Shown: in pieces, positions 41,236 to 54,865 of the stretch
Position numbering within the stretch: position 1 is the stretch's first letter
Layout of the letters: each line of letters begins with the position of its first letter
Assembly (NCBI GenBank): GCA_021613535.1
Contig: CP075492.1
Coordinates: forward strand, 11,222,001-11,286,000
Origin: Adineta vaga
Taxonomy: Eukaryota > Animalia > Rotifera
Reading direction: 5' to 3'
DNA: 64,000 nt
Translations under genes and position numbers: made by a program
The notes under the pieces: generated by a model
Databases searched by the model: none
What the model saw: only the letters and a program-made list of their open reading frames with translations
What the model was told of the DNA's origin: nothing

Positions 41236-41896
41236 ATAGTTTTGTTTTTCTTTTCATTATTTTATATTTATTGGTGATGCCACACTAGTCAAAGTGCCCC
41301 TCTTGTCAACATTTGAAGAGACTTGAATATTGCGTGAATGCCGTCCTATACAGCTTCTATTGTCGTTTCTCTTTTTTTTCTCGAGTTCCTTTTTACATTG
41401 TTGCCAATTGTGATTATTTCTTCTTTTTTTCCTTATTCTTCTCTCTCTGAAAACAATTGTTTTCTTTCATTTCATAGCACGTTTATTCTCTGAGAGATAA
41501 ATAAAAGAAAAGAAAAATCTAATAAGAAATAAACTAGATAAATATCTATGTATATGTATATATTTGTAAATTGATCGATCGACCGATCGATCGAATAATC
41601 GCTAGAGAGTGAATAAAAAAAAAGTGAATTTGATCTATTGCACGCATCGAACAATCAGACAACGATCGAGAAATACTAATCGCAAGGCGTAAAGAGAAAA
41701 ACTGCATATAAAGAAACGATTTCCCAGTAGATTATAGTCAAAGAAGAAAAATGAAGCGTATAACCTTGACAGTAGAACCTGTCGGGGAATTTATTCATTG
41801 ATAGATAGCAAAAAGCAAAATGATTAGTAGAGTTTGTAAAGAATGTAATCATGAAGAAGCTTTCGACAATAGAAAAATAAGTTCACCATGGTCTAT

Positions 41897-44800
41897 TTAT
41901 CTTCGTAATTCTTTGCCAAAACTTTCATCAATCCGACGAATATATTCTTTACACCACATTCGTAATGATTGCTAGAAGAAATTCAAAAATAAATAGATCA
42001 AATTATTAATCAACGAAAGAAAGAAAATCTTATTAAAAACAAATTATTACTTCACATGTATTTATTATTGATTTAATTTCCGAATGTTGAATAATTGCTT
42101 GAATCTCTTCATCAGTATATAAAGAAAATTTCCATTCCTGTGGCACAGCCTATTTTGACAAAAAGAAAAGAAAAGAAACTCGAATGTGAAAACGATCAAA
42201 TGAAAATTTACGAGAATTTCAGATTTTGATCCAGCAGTTCGTCGACCAAGATAGAGCATTACAGATGATAAAACTTTTAAACTAGTTGATTGACTTGATG
42301 TTAATTGACCAAGAATTAAACGATACTTAATTGGTTTAATTAATAACTTTAAAAGAGTACAAAGAAATATATAATTAGATTTTTTTCTCGTAAAATGTAA
42401 ATTTACCGTTGTCACTAATGCTCGAAAGATGAAAAGATCAATGAGTAAAAGTATTGCTCGTTGTTTAGTTATATTAATAAGTTTCAAATGATCAAATTCT
42501 AAATGTTCCTGTAAGAAAATGTTCAATAATAATGATCGATTCATAACAAAACAACAACAACAACATACACGTTCACATTGCCAAAAATAGTTGTCAGGAA
42601 ATGGATTTCCATTTTGAAGATAAATTGATATAGCCGAAGTTTTCGTTGTACCGAGAATACCATCCTTAGGCTAAAGATTCACATTCTAAATTTATCTCAT
42701 TTCTTCTCCAAAGTCAGGTATGACATTCAATGATAAAAAGAAACAACCATGGTAAAATCACACACACAAACATTGCCTTTAGTCAGCATTGATATGAGAA
42801 AAACAAAACTAATTTCCTTTCCGTCTCTAGTATCTTTACTTCTCGAAAGTATATTTAATCAAATATGATCATTTAAAAAGAAAAATAGAAATTCAATATT
42901 TTACCATAAATTGAATAATTTTTGAGATTATATCTTTCATTGCATTGCCAATAGTTTCAATTGCGTCGGTATAATATTTCGATGAGCTATTCAAAGCATG
43001 TTGTAATGATATTGGATGTGTAATGGCTTGAATGAGTGCATTGAAAATTGGACCATCTGGTTCAAGATATACTCGATGTAAAGCAACGAGCAATTCTTGT
43101 AAACGAATCTTTTGTATAGCTTGATTTGGTGATTGAATTGAACGATGCTAGTTAATAGAAATGCATTCATTTATCGATCTCTATTTCAATTAGACTTACT
43201 GGGCGAGTTTGATGTAATCGACGTTTAAGAATAATAGTAAAAAGAATAGCAATAGCCTTTTTTTTAAATTGATTTCGTGGAACTTTTGTTTTTTTCTTTT
43301 GTTGAAGATCTGATTCAGTAAAAAAACCAGTATCACCTAAATTACCCATCAGACTTATTCGAAATATGTGTTTTCTAATTGAATTTCATACTATTTTGTG
43401 AATTCTTCTTCTTCGGACGATTGTCTGTTGATGTATCCGTTTCTCCTTCAGATTGATCGCTTTCCGATTGTGCTATGATCGTTTTTCAAGTTAATTAGAC
43501 AATTATCGAATACATGACTTACTCTCTTTAGAAATTGATCGATGTCGTCGAGTTTTATGAGTTGAATGATCTGTAATGATTGAATGAACATATATATATA
43601 TATATTGGATATTGCCAATCAAATTAATACCTGATTTTGATGAAACATATATATCACTTGGTAATTTGATTACATGTTCAGAAGAAATCAATGGTAATGT
43701 TGGTTGAGATTCATTTTTATTCGAAGAAATTCTTTGAAAAATCAAATGATGATATATATTTGTATTAGAAAAATAATGAAAGAATTACCGTGCTTGGTTC
43801 GGTTTTTGTCCAGATGAGATTGGAGGAAGTTTAACAGGAGTTTTTTGCCCACTTGAACCAGTCATATTCATCTAAATATAATGAAAATTAGTTATTTGAA
43901 AGATATGTATTCTTTATTACCTCATCGGAATCAGGTCCCAGTTGATCTGTTCGTAATCGAAGCATTTGTTCGTACGCTTGTGCACGTCGAGAATCTTCAA
44001 GAAACAATCCATCAAACTTCGAATCTTATATTTCTACAACATACCACGTTCACTTTGACTTCGAGATGATCTATTTGTATAAATTACATCTTCATTTCGA
44101 AGATAAATCTGTTCAGGATTTATTGGTTCTATAACAAAAAGTCAAACTTGAAGTTCTCTTTTTTAGATTTATTCATACCAATATAAGAACTATAATATCC
44201 ATTGCTACTTCGTTGTTGATCAACATTTGTCTAAATAAAAACAGAATGCCTTTTCTTCATACAAAATAGAACAGAAGAATGGAATTTCAAACATTGAATT
44301 GACGAAAAGCTAAACGACGTCGAGCCATTGAATCAATTAAATCATCCATATTCGAAGATGAAAACAATTGTTCTTCTGAAATTCAAAAACATGAATTATT
44401 TGAAAGAAAAATGATGAATATCTATAAAACAAACCTTGCAAAGGTTGTAAATATAGACGAGAATCATACGAATAATTCGGAAAAAACGTACGTTGATTAG
44501 CTCGATAACGATGACTATATAAATCCTTTATAAACAAATCGAACAAGAGTTTATTTTTATCAATAAAGAAATCATCATACATGAACACGTTGAAATTCGT
44601 AATCATGTGCTGGTTTAGAATAGGTTCGATGATGATTTTCATTACTTTTTCTTGCTAAATGCGTATATCATTTCTATTGAAATTATTCAAATGAAAACTA
44701 ACGTACGTGTTTGTTTTTTTGGTTCATGACTTCGAGAACGCTGTTGTTTAGCATCCTGAAAAATCAATATCGTTTTTATTTTAATCGATATATATATCAA

Positions 44801-45510
44801 TCAAATTAATCTTACGGAATCAATTAAACGAAGTCGAAGTTTATGTATATTACCTTCAACGTTAGTCTCCATGGGTTGTATTGGAGGCTAGAAGTGAAAA
44901 AAAATTTGCAAATAAAAATGTCAAGTTTATAACGGATACAAAAAGCAACATTTTTTTGTTCTTTTTTCTTCACTTTTAAAAAGAGCACGTTAAAAGAACG
45001 TGCCGTTTCTTCTATTGAAGATATATATATATATATATATACATACATTGTTGTCATAGTTGACTGTCATCAATAGTTGAATATGATCTGATGTTTTTCT
45101 TTGTCCTGATTTTATTGAAAATAAGAAGAAATGAGATATTTCATTCGGATACCTACTGATATTTTAGACGGTATTTGTGTCGAATGTTTTTTATCCAGAA
45201 GTTCATCGTCACTTGATATGGGCATACAAATAGATTCTTCTGTCTAGAGAGAAAAATAAATCGATTATTTAGTTAACATATCAATTACCAGATTCGACTT
45301 CTCCATCAATGATGATGTACGTCTTTTTGATGATCGTTTGAAATGCTTGGATGTTAGTACTGAATCAACATCGGAATCCTCTACTTTACCGTATGGATGA
45401 TTACTTCGAGATGATGTGGACATTGATCGATCATCACTTTGTGTCGTTGGTCGAACATACGTTGAAGATGAGGATGAGCGAGATTGTGAAGAGTAACTCT
45501 CTCGTGACAT
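41897..45510 (-). CDS. Uncharacterised multi-exon protein (S/R-rich N-terminus, helical C-terminal domain)
   Basis: Chain of short GT-AG-bounded exons, e.g. ...LVALHRVYLEPDGPIF..., PKDGILGTTK...NPFPDNYFWQCER, LLIDLFIFRALVTTLLIKP..., QSLRMWCKEYIRRI...ELRR*. Not every internal junction was checked. Confidence 0.7.
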
Positions 45511-45909
45511 CGATTTGTTTGTGAAATGAGATTAATTATGAATTCAATATGTAAGAGCAACCAAAAAATGCAAGTAAAGAAATACAACAAGAATGTATAG
45601 AAAGTTTTCTTGATTAATTTAAGTTTGGACAACAAAAAAAAGAGACCTTAGTATACAATACAAGAGAAAAGATATCTTTAGAATTAAGCAATTCAGTATA
45701 AAAATTCGCCACTATTTGTATTTACTTTTCTATTTAAATAAAAACTCATTAAAATTTTATCTTTTTTTGTTGAAACAAAATTTCGTTTTTCACTGTTTTA
45801 TAGTGCCATCTACTTTCTCAACGAGAATCTTGAAGATTGTCATAGAAACTCAAGAAAAAATGGTTATAAACATTGAAAGATTTGTCAGTTAACCAAAAAG
45901 AGTATTAAC

Positions 45910-46786
45910 ATGTCGAATTCCGAGATTAAAAGCCGATATCATATTTTACATGTTGAAGTTCAACATGGTATGTTTCTCATCATTTCAAAATTTCATTTGA
46001 ATTCGATTTATTTTTTAAGGTTCTGATCGATTTGACATTCATCTTCATTTGGAACGACCACCTGTCGTCAGAGATTTGATGATGGAAGTCGAAAAGAAAG
46101 CTCGTGTTACAGCACATAATCAACAATTAGTCTTTCGTGGTAAGATTCAGTTTTCTTCTAGTAATATAAAATAATTGTATTTTATAATTTCTTTTCTCTA
46201 TCAAGGTCAACGTATACATCAAACTCCAGATAAAGAATTAGAAAAATTTGGTATATTCAATGGAAATCATATAATGTTAATTGGAGAAAAAGTTTGATAG
46301 AAGATGAAAAATTTTCATGAAATCATAATGTTCTATTCTTTTAGTTATCTGGTAAAGAAGATGATAATTTCCGACGTTTATTAAGTGTTGAAAAAGATGT
46401 GAAATTGATTGATGATGTTCTTGAACTTGTCTGTCGAGATTTTGAAAATATCAAACAAGTAAGAAATAGCTTTGATTTGAAATGAAAAAAAAGCAAGTAT
46501 AAAAATACTTCTAGAGTCAACAAACACGTAATCAATGTGATCATATTTTAAATGATTTAAAATCTCGTGGTGAACGTTGTCGTTCAGATTTGCAAACATT
46601 TGAATCAATTGTTAGAAATTTAAATGTCGGTTCAAATGAACAGGATGCATTAAGAAAAAAGAAAGAAATTGCTGGATTAATTGAGGTATACTATCTTTTA
46701 AAATCACATCTTGAAATTAATTCATATAATTTCAGGATCGTTTGGATATTTCGAAGAATATTCTTTCAGCAATTTCATCATATTAG
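45910..46786 (+). CDS. BAG1-like co-chaperone (ubiquitin-like + BAG-like helical domain)
   Basis: Spliced MSNSEIK...VEVQHGSDRFDIHL...VRDLMMEVEKKARVTAHNQQLVFRGQRI...LEKFGIFNGNHIMLIGEK (UBL), then helices ending DALRKKKEIAGLIEDRLD. Confidence 0.75.
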
Positions 46787-47304
46787 AGTGCTAGTGTGAA
46801 CAATTTTTATACCTCGAAAAACTGATTTTTATCGTACTAACAACTAACTTGTTTTCTTTTTTAAATATGAATGACTTATATATTTGTAACTTAAATGATA
46901 ATAAAATCAGACGAACTCATTAGTTTGAGGGGAAATATGTCAAGATTTATAAAATTCTATGCACATAATACGAGAAGAAAAGATTTGTTTTGAAGAATCG
47001 TTCTCTAGTCTTGTAAGTATTAGACTAATCGAATGAAGATCTACGATTAGATATGACATTGAAGTCTTTAGCTGTCATTGACGATTGATTTCGTTATTGA
47101 AAAAAGAAAAGACGAAACATATTACGATGTGCATCATTGCGTTTCGTATATACATATGAAAAGTAAATGACCGAACGAACGAACGAACGAACGATGAAAA
47201 TGTGCATGACATATCTGCATTCGTTTTAGTCTCTTCGTCTTACTCAGAGTGTCTACGTGTAATATCGTTAATATTCAATATCATAGTTTTTATTTCTTTT
47301 AACC

Positions 47305-48368
47305 ATGGGTTTTGCGGCAAGTAAAGAACAATTAATGGTCACAGCAATTGAATCTCAAAATATCGATAATCTCACAGTACAAATTCAAAATTTATCCTCT
47401 GAACAAATTCAGGATATATGCAAAACAATTGTACCTGATAATTCGAATCAATATACCATATTTCATTATGCAACATGGCAAGGTATCACCTGCATAGTTA
47501 GATCATACATTTTCATTTCGATTATTTTTAGATCATCCACAATTGTTAGAATTGTTCTTAGAACATGTAAATGATTTAGAAGTACGCGATGGCCTGGGAT
47601 GGACACCATTAATGACTGCTGTACAACGTGATAGTAAAGAAAATGTAAAATTATTATTGAAATATGGTGCGAAAGTTGATTGTGATACAGTTCAAGGCAT
47701 GGATCTTATTGCTAATGCTATGCATTATAATGATATCGGTATGGATACTATTTGAAAACAAGATCTTCCGATAATTATTTAATTTGTTATTTTACATCGA
47801 TAGAACTCATTCAAATTCTAATGGATCATGGTGCACAAGTGAGCAGTTCGTCAGGCTGTCAAAATGGATGTTATCTATTACATTTTGCTGCTGATGATGG
47901 CTTACTAGATATAGCAAAATTATTCATTGAACGAGGTAAAATACCAATTAATACATTAGATCAATCAGGATGGAGTCCTCTACATATCGCTGCTGGGCAT
48001 AACCATCTTGAATTCGTTAAATTATTAGAAAAAAAAAGGCGCAGATATTAATATTAAAGTATTATACAATAAAGAAAGGTTATTCTGACTAGAACAATTT
48101 GTTTTTATAGGATTCATTTGGTAATACACCGTTGGCATGGGCTAAACATATGAATGCTAAAGAAGTTACCGAAGAACTTGAAAGACTTGGCGGTACAGCT
48201 GATGATGAATGGCATGGAGAAAAATTGACATTAAATAATTGTCAGATAGAATCAGAAGTCGAACGAGGTATTGATAACAGTCAATTTGAAATGGATGAAA
48301 CAGAAGAAACGATTGCATCAAATGATAAAGATTTTATCCTGCTCGATGCCCTTCAGCGACAAAAATAG
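47305..48368 (+). CDS. Ankyrin-repeat protein with an N-myristoylation motif; apparent +1 frameshift in an A9 run
   Basis: ANK motifs TIFHYATWQG, GWTPLMTAV...LLLKYGA, LLHFAADDG, GWSPLHIAAGHNH, GNTPLAWA. The frame breaks at 48029-48037. Confidence 0.85.
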
Positions 48369-48583
48369 AACGAACACGAATATATTTCCATTAGAAATTA
48401 TTTGTTTCAGATGTTTCAATAAAAAAAAGAACATGTTTGTCTATCTCTACATACAAATAAAAACATGATTTTCGATTGAATTTATTTAGTTTGTCATGTG
48501 TGTTTTTTTTGCAAAATTTCGAACACCGGAGAATAAGTATAAGAATTGATTTTGAATAATAAATCTTAAATGAGATTTATTCA

Positions 48584-51374
48584 TCAGGGTTTTTTACAAC
48601 ATGAAGTACACATCGTATCGAAATTTTTCAAAAGTTCTTGAGGACAAGGTAATGCATCCATACCAGCTGGACCTGGTAAACCAGGTCGACCACGAAAACC
48701 TCGTTGCCCTTCTTGTCCTTCATTGCCCTTAATAAAAAAAACACTTTGATTAAATAGGTTTTCAAATTATCGTATTTACCCTATCGCCTTTTTCTCCGGG
48801 TGGACCCTGTAGGAAAACACAAAAAAAATCTTTAAGAATAGACAAATCTAAATTTTCACTCACAGGAAAACCTCGTTCACCTTGATTACCCTGAAATAAA
48901 GGAAGTAAATTTCATATAATGATTACAAATACAAATCGATTAATCAAACGCTTATTGTTAGAAGAAAATCAGCAACGCTTTCTACATTGTAAAAGTTAGT
49001 ATAATAAATGTAATCAAAGCATTAGACATCAAAAGAAAACATGTTACACACACATACCGACGAACGTTTCTTATGCATGCTCTTCAAATTATAGAAAAAT
49101 CGATTTTTTTGGAGAAGAAGAACAAAGAAAACATTTATACCATATAATAACCAGGTAAACCTATTGGACCTCGATTTCCCTTATCACCTTTAGTCGAAAC
49201 GCCTTTTTCACCCTAAATTTATTTTGAACATGTAGTAAGAAGGAAATGAAGTTTTTACTTTGATGCCAGGTGGTCCAGTATCACCTTTTATACCCTTGAA
49301 AATAAAACAAATCATTCTTATTAAAAGGTGCTCGATTGCAATTACCATGATACCCGTATATCCTCGTTCACCTTTTTGTCCATTCATGCCTGGTTGACCT
49401 GGTAGACCAATTCTTCCCTGAAAGATATTTACTCTTTCAGTTATCTATTTACATTTATTGTTCACTTACGCGAGGACCTGGTGGACCTCTTAATACAACA
49501 TGTGTTTGATTAAAATCAACTTTTTGATCATATCTCAATTCGTCTTTCACACCTGGTTCACCCTACAGAAACGAACTCAATCTAGTTATTATCATGTTCA
49601 TCTACAAGCATGAATATATAGATACACATACTTTTCTACCTGGTGGTCCAGGATAACCGATATCACCTTTGATACCATTGATTCCATCACGTCCAGGAAG
49701 TCCAGGACTAGAAACGAGACAAAAACTTCTTTGTTGTAATCGATCAATTAAATCTTCTCACTACCTTCCAGGTAAACCACTAGCACCACGACTACCTTTC
49801 GGTCCAATAGTTGAATAGCCTGGATCACCTTTAACTCCTGGTGGACCAGGTTCACCTTTTACATGAATAACATGACGCATTTTCGGTCGAACAAATGGTC
49901 CACGATCACCTTTTTCACCCTAGATACGAATAAAACATGCAAGAACCATGCAAATAAACATTCGTGCAGATATAACACCAAACCGCATACAAATAACAAA
50001 AACTGAAGAGAAGCGTTGCTGAGTTTTTCTTTTTTTTCTTAAGTTTTCCTTAAGTAGTTTTATCTTCATATATACTCTATCTCTGAATGGATTCTACATA
50101 CTTTTTCACCAGGTAAACCCTAAAACGAACGAATGTATAGAAAAGAGATAGAACAAAAATGAACATACATCTTGACCTGGTGCTCCAACTTTACCAATAC
50201 CATTAAGACCAGGTACTCCCATCTCACCTTTTTGTCCTGGTGGTCCAGGTGGACCTTGGATAAATTTACCCGAAGCAGATGATAATAGTGTTTGTTGACC
50301 AATTTCTACATCTCGACCTGGATCGCCTTTTTCGCCCTATATAAATCAAATCTTCATCTATATGAAAACAAAACTTTCTGCAAAATTTACCTTTACACCG
50401 TTCCAAACTATCGAACCTGGATGACCTCGTTCACCCTTTGGTCCCATTTCACCCTAAACATAATCATTTATATAGAATAATTTTAATTTCCTATCTTACT
50501 GGAAATCCGGCAAATCCTCGATCGCCCTAAAGTATAATTTAGAACATGATATTATATTTCAAATAATTTTAAAAAACAAACTTTTTCGCCTTTTGAACCT
50601 ACAAAGAAACAGACTTAGAAATTTTTACAAAAACGACTCTATGTACTTCATACCTGGTGGACATTGACAATTTGTAGATTGTATTTCTCTTGTAAATCGT
50701 CGTTGTCGTGCTTCACTCTAAAAGTTAATATAATATGTATCTGTCTTTCCACTCGTGTTCCGAGAAAAAAAACAATGCAGAACTCGTTACATGCTTCAAA
50801 TTGAATAGAAGAATGTGATGAAAACTTTTTTTTTGTAAATTAAACAAAAAGGTCAATTGAACTGCATCTATTATTATTCTTTTGTCATGTTATTTCATAT
50901 AAAACAAACATAAAGTTTAACATAATATGTTACATCATTGAAAGCAAAACTAAGTGACATTCTCTATTTGAAGTTCTTCATACTCATCGCGTAATAGTCA
51001 AGTGTATATATTGATCAAATGTCATAACGATAATTACTTACTCGAATAGTTTTAGGAATTGATTTCATATTTATTGTATCTTTTGATATCATCTGTCGGA
51101 TTGATTGATACATTGTTTTTAACCATTGTTCAAAGGATGGTGATTCTGAATGAAATAATGGTATAGCAGAAGTTGATGGTAATAATTCTGTGAGGATATT
51201 TTCTAATTTTGTTTGTCGTTCAGCTAAAATTTGATATTGATGAGCATTGTAAGCATTCCAAATAAGCGATATTAATATAAGAAAAAGATACAGTGTATGA
51301 GTAGAAAAATACATTGATAAAAACCATTTCGGTTGAGCTGAAATAGTTGTGAGTTTTCTTTTATCGATTGGCAT
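48584..51374 (-). CDS. Type II transmembrane collagen (MACIT; collagen XIII/XXIII/XXV or COL-99 like)
   Basis: Short cytosolic N-terminus, TM (LYLFLILISLIW), coiled coil, furin-type site RQRR/RFTR, CQCPPG, many short Gly-X-Y exons with interruptions, and C-terminal GMDALPCP...CCKKP*. Confidence 0.85.
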
Positions 51375-53226
51375 ATTAAAAAGATTCGAATTTAATAATC
51401 ATATTGAAATGGAAAGCTGAGTAATGAAAGAAATCTTTCTAATTTCTCGAGATAAATTTAAGTTTGATGACAAGACGTCGATATAGAATATGTATAACTA
51501 GTAATTGTACATATACATGACGAAAGAACAATTCATAGGAAAGAAAAAGAAAGAGAAAAGAAAGTATATCGTATATGTATATATATATTTTTTCTTTTCT
51601 TATTCTCGTTTGATAATGATGGGAAGACAGAAGAAAATTTATTAATTATATCTCGACTAAAAACAAAATAAATGAGCTTTTGAAAGACAGAATAAGTTTA
51701 TATACATACAGAGTGAAGGACTCCGAAGAAAAATTGATTCTTGTTCAATACATATATACATGCTGAAAGAATATCCCACAGCGATCATCACTCAATTATA
51801 TTTGTGTGTGTATAGAACAGTTCGAATCGTAAGCATACTTAGGGTAATTATCTGCTAACCTTGGTACAAGCTGAAGTCTGTTCAGATGACAACTGTTGGC
51901 ATTATTATTAAAAGAAACCTTATTAAGTTTGATCGATTTTGTAACTGTTACGATTAAGAAAGAAGAAGTTCAATGCTGTTATTATATGATTTGATCCAAT
52001 TTCGTTTTTCAATAGTTTTATGAATGTTTCATTTTGATTCTCTTTCGAGAAGATTAATCTGACGTCTATGATATCGTCATTTTCTTGAACAGATGTCAAT
52101 AGAAAACGTATTTTCAATCTATTGGTTAAAAGAATATCATCTAATGTTCATGCGAAAATGAGAGTTTCTCATAAAAAATTACTCATGTAAATATTAAATG
52201 TGCTTATGGAAATATTGATTGTTTATTGAAATTGATTAATACTGACATTTTCTTTTCTTTCTTACAACATATATTCTATATTCTAACGATCGACTTGCCG
52301 TAGTCTTTATAGTTTGGTTGATTAGTAAAGCTCAACGTTATTATTATTAGTTTTACTGATATGATGAGAAAAGAAGAATTCTTTTGAAGAAAACAATCAT
52401 TGTGATTGAATGACTACGATTGCAATCGACATATATAGATATTTTTATTAGTAGAAATGAGAAAAAATATCGGAAATATGGGATACTTTTAGACGATAAA
52501 TAGAAAAACTTGAGCATCATTATTCGGTCTTTTTTCCTCTCTCTAAGTAGAGAAAAAAAAGAGCATCCGTTAGAATGCATTATTAATATTTCAAGCTTGT
52601 TGTCTGCTAAAAGGAGGTGTCAGGAGAAAAGAAACGTAGTTGAATTTTAGAAAGTGTGCGCGCGCGAGAGAGAGAGACAGAGACAGAAACAGAGGGAAAA
52701 GAGGAAAGTGTTGTTATAAATACTAACATTCAACTTTTCCAAAGAGAAAGACAAGCAAACATCAACTGTTGAAGTAGAGATAAGACTTTGAGTGGCATAT
52801 CTATCTTCAGTTAAGATATCTGATAGAGTAAATGAGAAAGTCGCTTTTTTTTTGTTTTCTTCTCATCTTGATAATGACACAAAATCAATATATTAGAAAA
52901 TATACGTCTTTTTGTATAGTTCTCTCTCAATTGATTCGTTTCTTCTGTTGTTTATTTTTACCTACATATATATATATATGGTTCTCATTTATGTTTAAGT
53001 GTTATTAGTAATTGGAAAGAAAAAAATTATTTTCTTTACGTTAGAAAAAAAAGTCAAGCGGTGCCGAAGTCAGATTGTTAACGATTGGGCGACAGAGAAA
53101 AAAAAGCAACATAAAAGAATGATTTAATCGTATAATGTTAACTTTGTTTCTGATGCGATTCTCTTGCATATCGATTATGAGTCGAACGATTTGACCGTAA
53201 TTTATCTTTGTAGATTCTTATTATCC

Positions 53227-53946
53227 ATGGCACGTTACGAACGTTTCGATGACGATACTCCTGCACCAAAATTTACGATTACAACAAGTTCAAATAATGA
53301 AAACAGTGATCTACTTGTTCTAGGTAATACAACATTATCCAAAGAAGATGAAAGAACAGTTCGTCATGCATTAATTACATTAAATATTATATCAATATTT
53401 GTTAGTACAGTATGTAGTTTAATTACATTTTTCCTGGCAATTGAAGAACGATCTGTCTCAGCACTTGGTTTTGCTCTTGATACAATTCTTGATGTATTAG
53501 CATTTAGTACAATCATATGGCGTTTTATGAGTTCAGAAGATCAAGCTAAGCGAGAAGTTTATGTTTTGAGAATATTATCTCTTCTCTTCTTTGTCTCTGG
53601 ACTTGCTATTTTTATCGATTCAATATCGGATTTATACCATCGTACTCATCCAATTCCAAATCAGTATCTTGCTATTGCCGTTGGTATTCAAACATTCATA
53701 TTTCTATGTTTAGCAGTGGGAAAATATACAGTAGCAAAGAAATTAAATGTTATCTCAGCTTATTCGGACGCATTCAATACGACAATTTCAGCATTAATGG
53801 CATTTTCAGTTACTATTAGCACAATTATATACAACTCAACAGCAAAATTTTGGTATTTAGATTCACTTGTTGGAATGTTTATTTCAATTACAATTATGGT
53901 TTACGGTATTTGGTTGATGTTAAAATCATTTAGTAATATTATTTAA
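53227..53946 (+). CDS. TMEM163: TMEM163-like zinc/cation efflux membrane protein
   Basis: ALITLNIISIFVS...SVSALGFALDTILDVLAFSTIIWRF, GKYTVAKKL...SAYSDAFNT, WYLDSLVG. Six TMs; likely start MARYERF. Confidence 0.8.
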   Translation: MARYERFDDDTPAPKFTITTSSNNENSDLLVLGNTTLSKEDERTVRHALITLNIISIFVSTVCSLITFFLAIEERSVSALGFALDTILDVLAFSTIIWRFMSSEDQAKREVYVLRILSLLFFVSGLAIFIDSISDLYHRTHPIPNQYLAIAVGIQTFIFLCLAVGKYTVAKKLNVISAYSDAFNTTISALMAFSVTISTIIYNSTAKFWYLDSLVGMFISITIMVYGIWLMLKSFSNII

Positions 53947-54011
53947 ATACTAACATTTCATTTTCATTAATAAAAAAAATTAAAGACACAAAACAAAATG
54001 AGAATTCTTAT

Positions 54012-54561
54012 TTAACGTCCCGGTTGCCATGGAATATAAGGACCTGTTGTACGTGTTTGATTAACAGATGGATCAATATTTCGTTGTTCATAATCATAAT
54101 GTAACATCACAATAGTTATAATTACCCCAACCATTAATAGTGTTGTAATTATATTTATCACAAATGTACGTTTTGACCATACGTTTGCTGCTTCATATCG
54201 ATTTTGCATTTTGAATTGACTTACTTTGTGTGAAAAATAACAACAAAGAATACCAAAAGGTATAAATAAAAGATTGAATATTGACCATGGAAAAAACGTT
54301 GGAATCTTTTCTGCTGATTTTGTCGGAGGTACTAAAGGGCCACTTGATTGAAAACTTGCATTACCACTTACATCTTGATTTCTGAGAGTTAATGTTGGAC
54401 GAGAAGTTACAGTTGTCCCAACAGGTGCCTATTTGAACGAGATATTGGTTCTGATATATTTGAAGTCATATTAATCACTATACGAAAACTTCGTCTCTAC
54501 ACCCAGCTGACGATCCAGATAAATGAGATAATCGATATGAAATATCAAAGGCCGTCTTCAT
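54012..54561 (-). CDS. CD225/dispanin (IFITM/PRRT-like) membrane protein
   Basis: Exons 54561-54484 and 54428-54012: IPTFFPWSIFNLLFIPFGILCCYFSHKV...RYEAANVWSKRTFVINIITTLLMVGVIITIV. Confidence 0.8.
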
Positions 54562-54865
54562 CGTCTACCTTTTCGCTCGAGCGATTCTTTTTTTCGAAGC
54601 ACGTGCCTTTCTTTTTAAGTGAGATTACAATGATGGTTCGCAGAGTCAGCAAACAATAGTTATCAATTCAGTCATACTTCATTTATTTTTATTTGCATGC
54701 AATAAAATACAAAAACAAAAACCGATTGTGAAATGTATAAGAAGAAGATTTGTGAATTGTTGAACATGTACATTCTCGTTTATATTATCTATCACTAGAG
54801 CATTCAGAAAGAAAAAAAATCATATCATTCGAGATTGTAAACATCTATCTATGTACATATGGACG

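Noticed and set aside
48600-50660. Regularly spaced similar short motifs (CRISPR-like look)
   Set aside because: These are Gly-X-Y collagen exons separated by short introns, not identical repeats with spacers.
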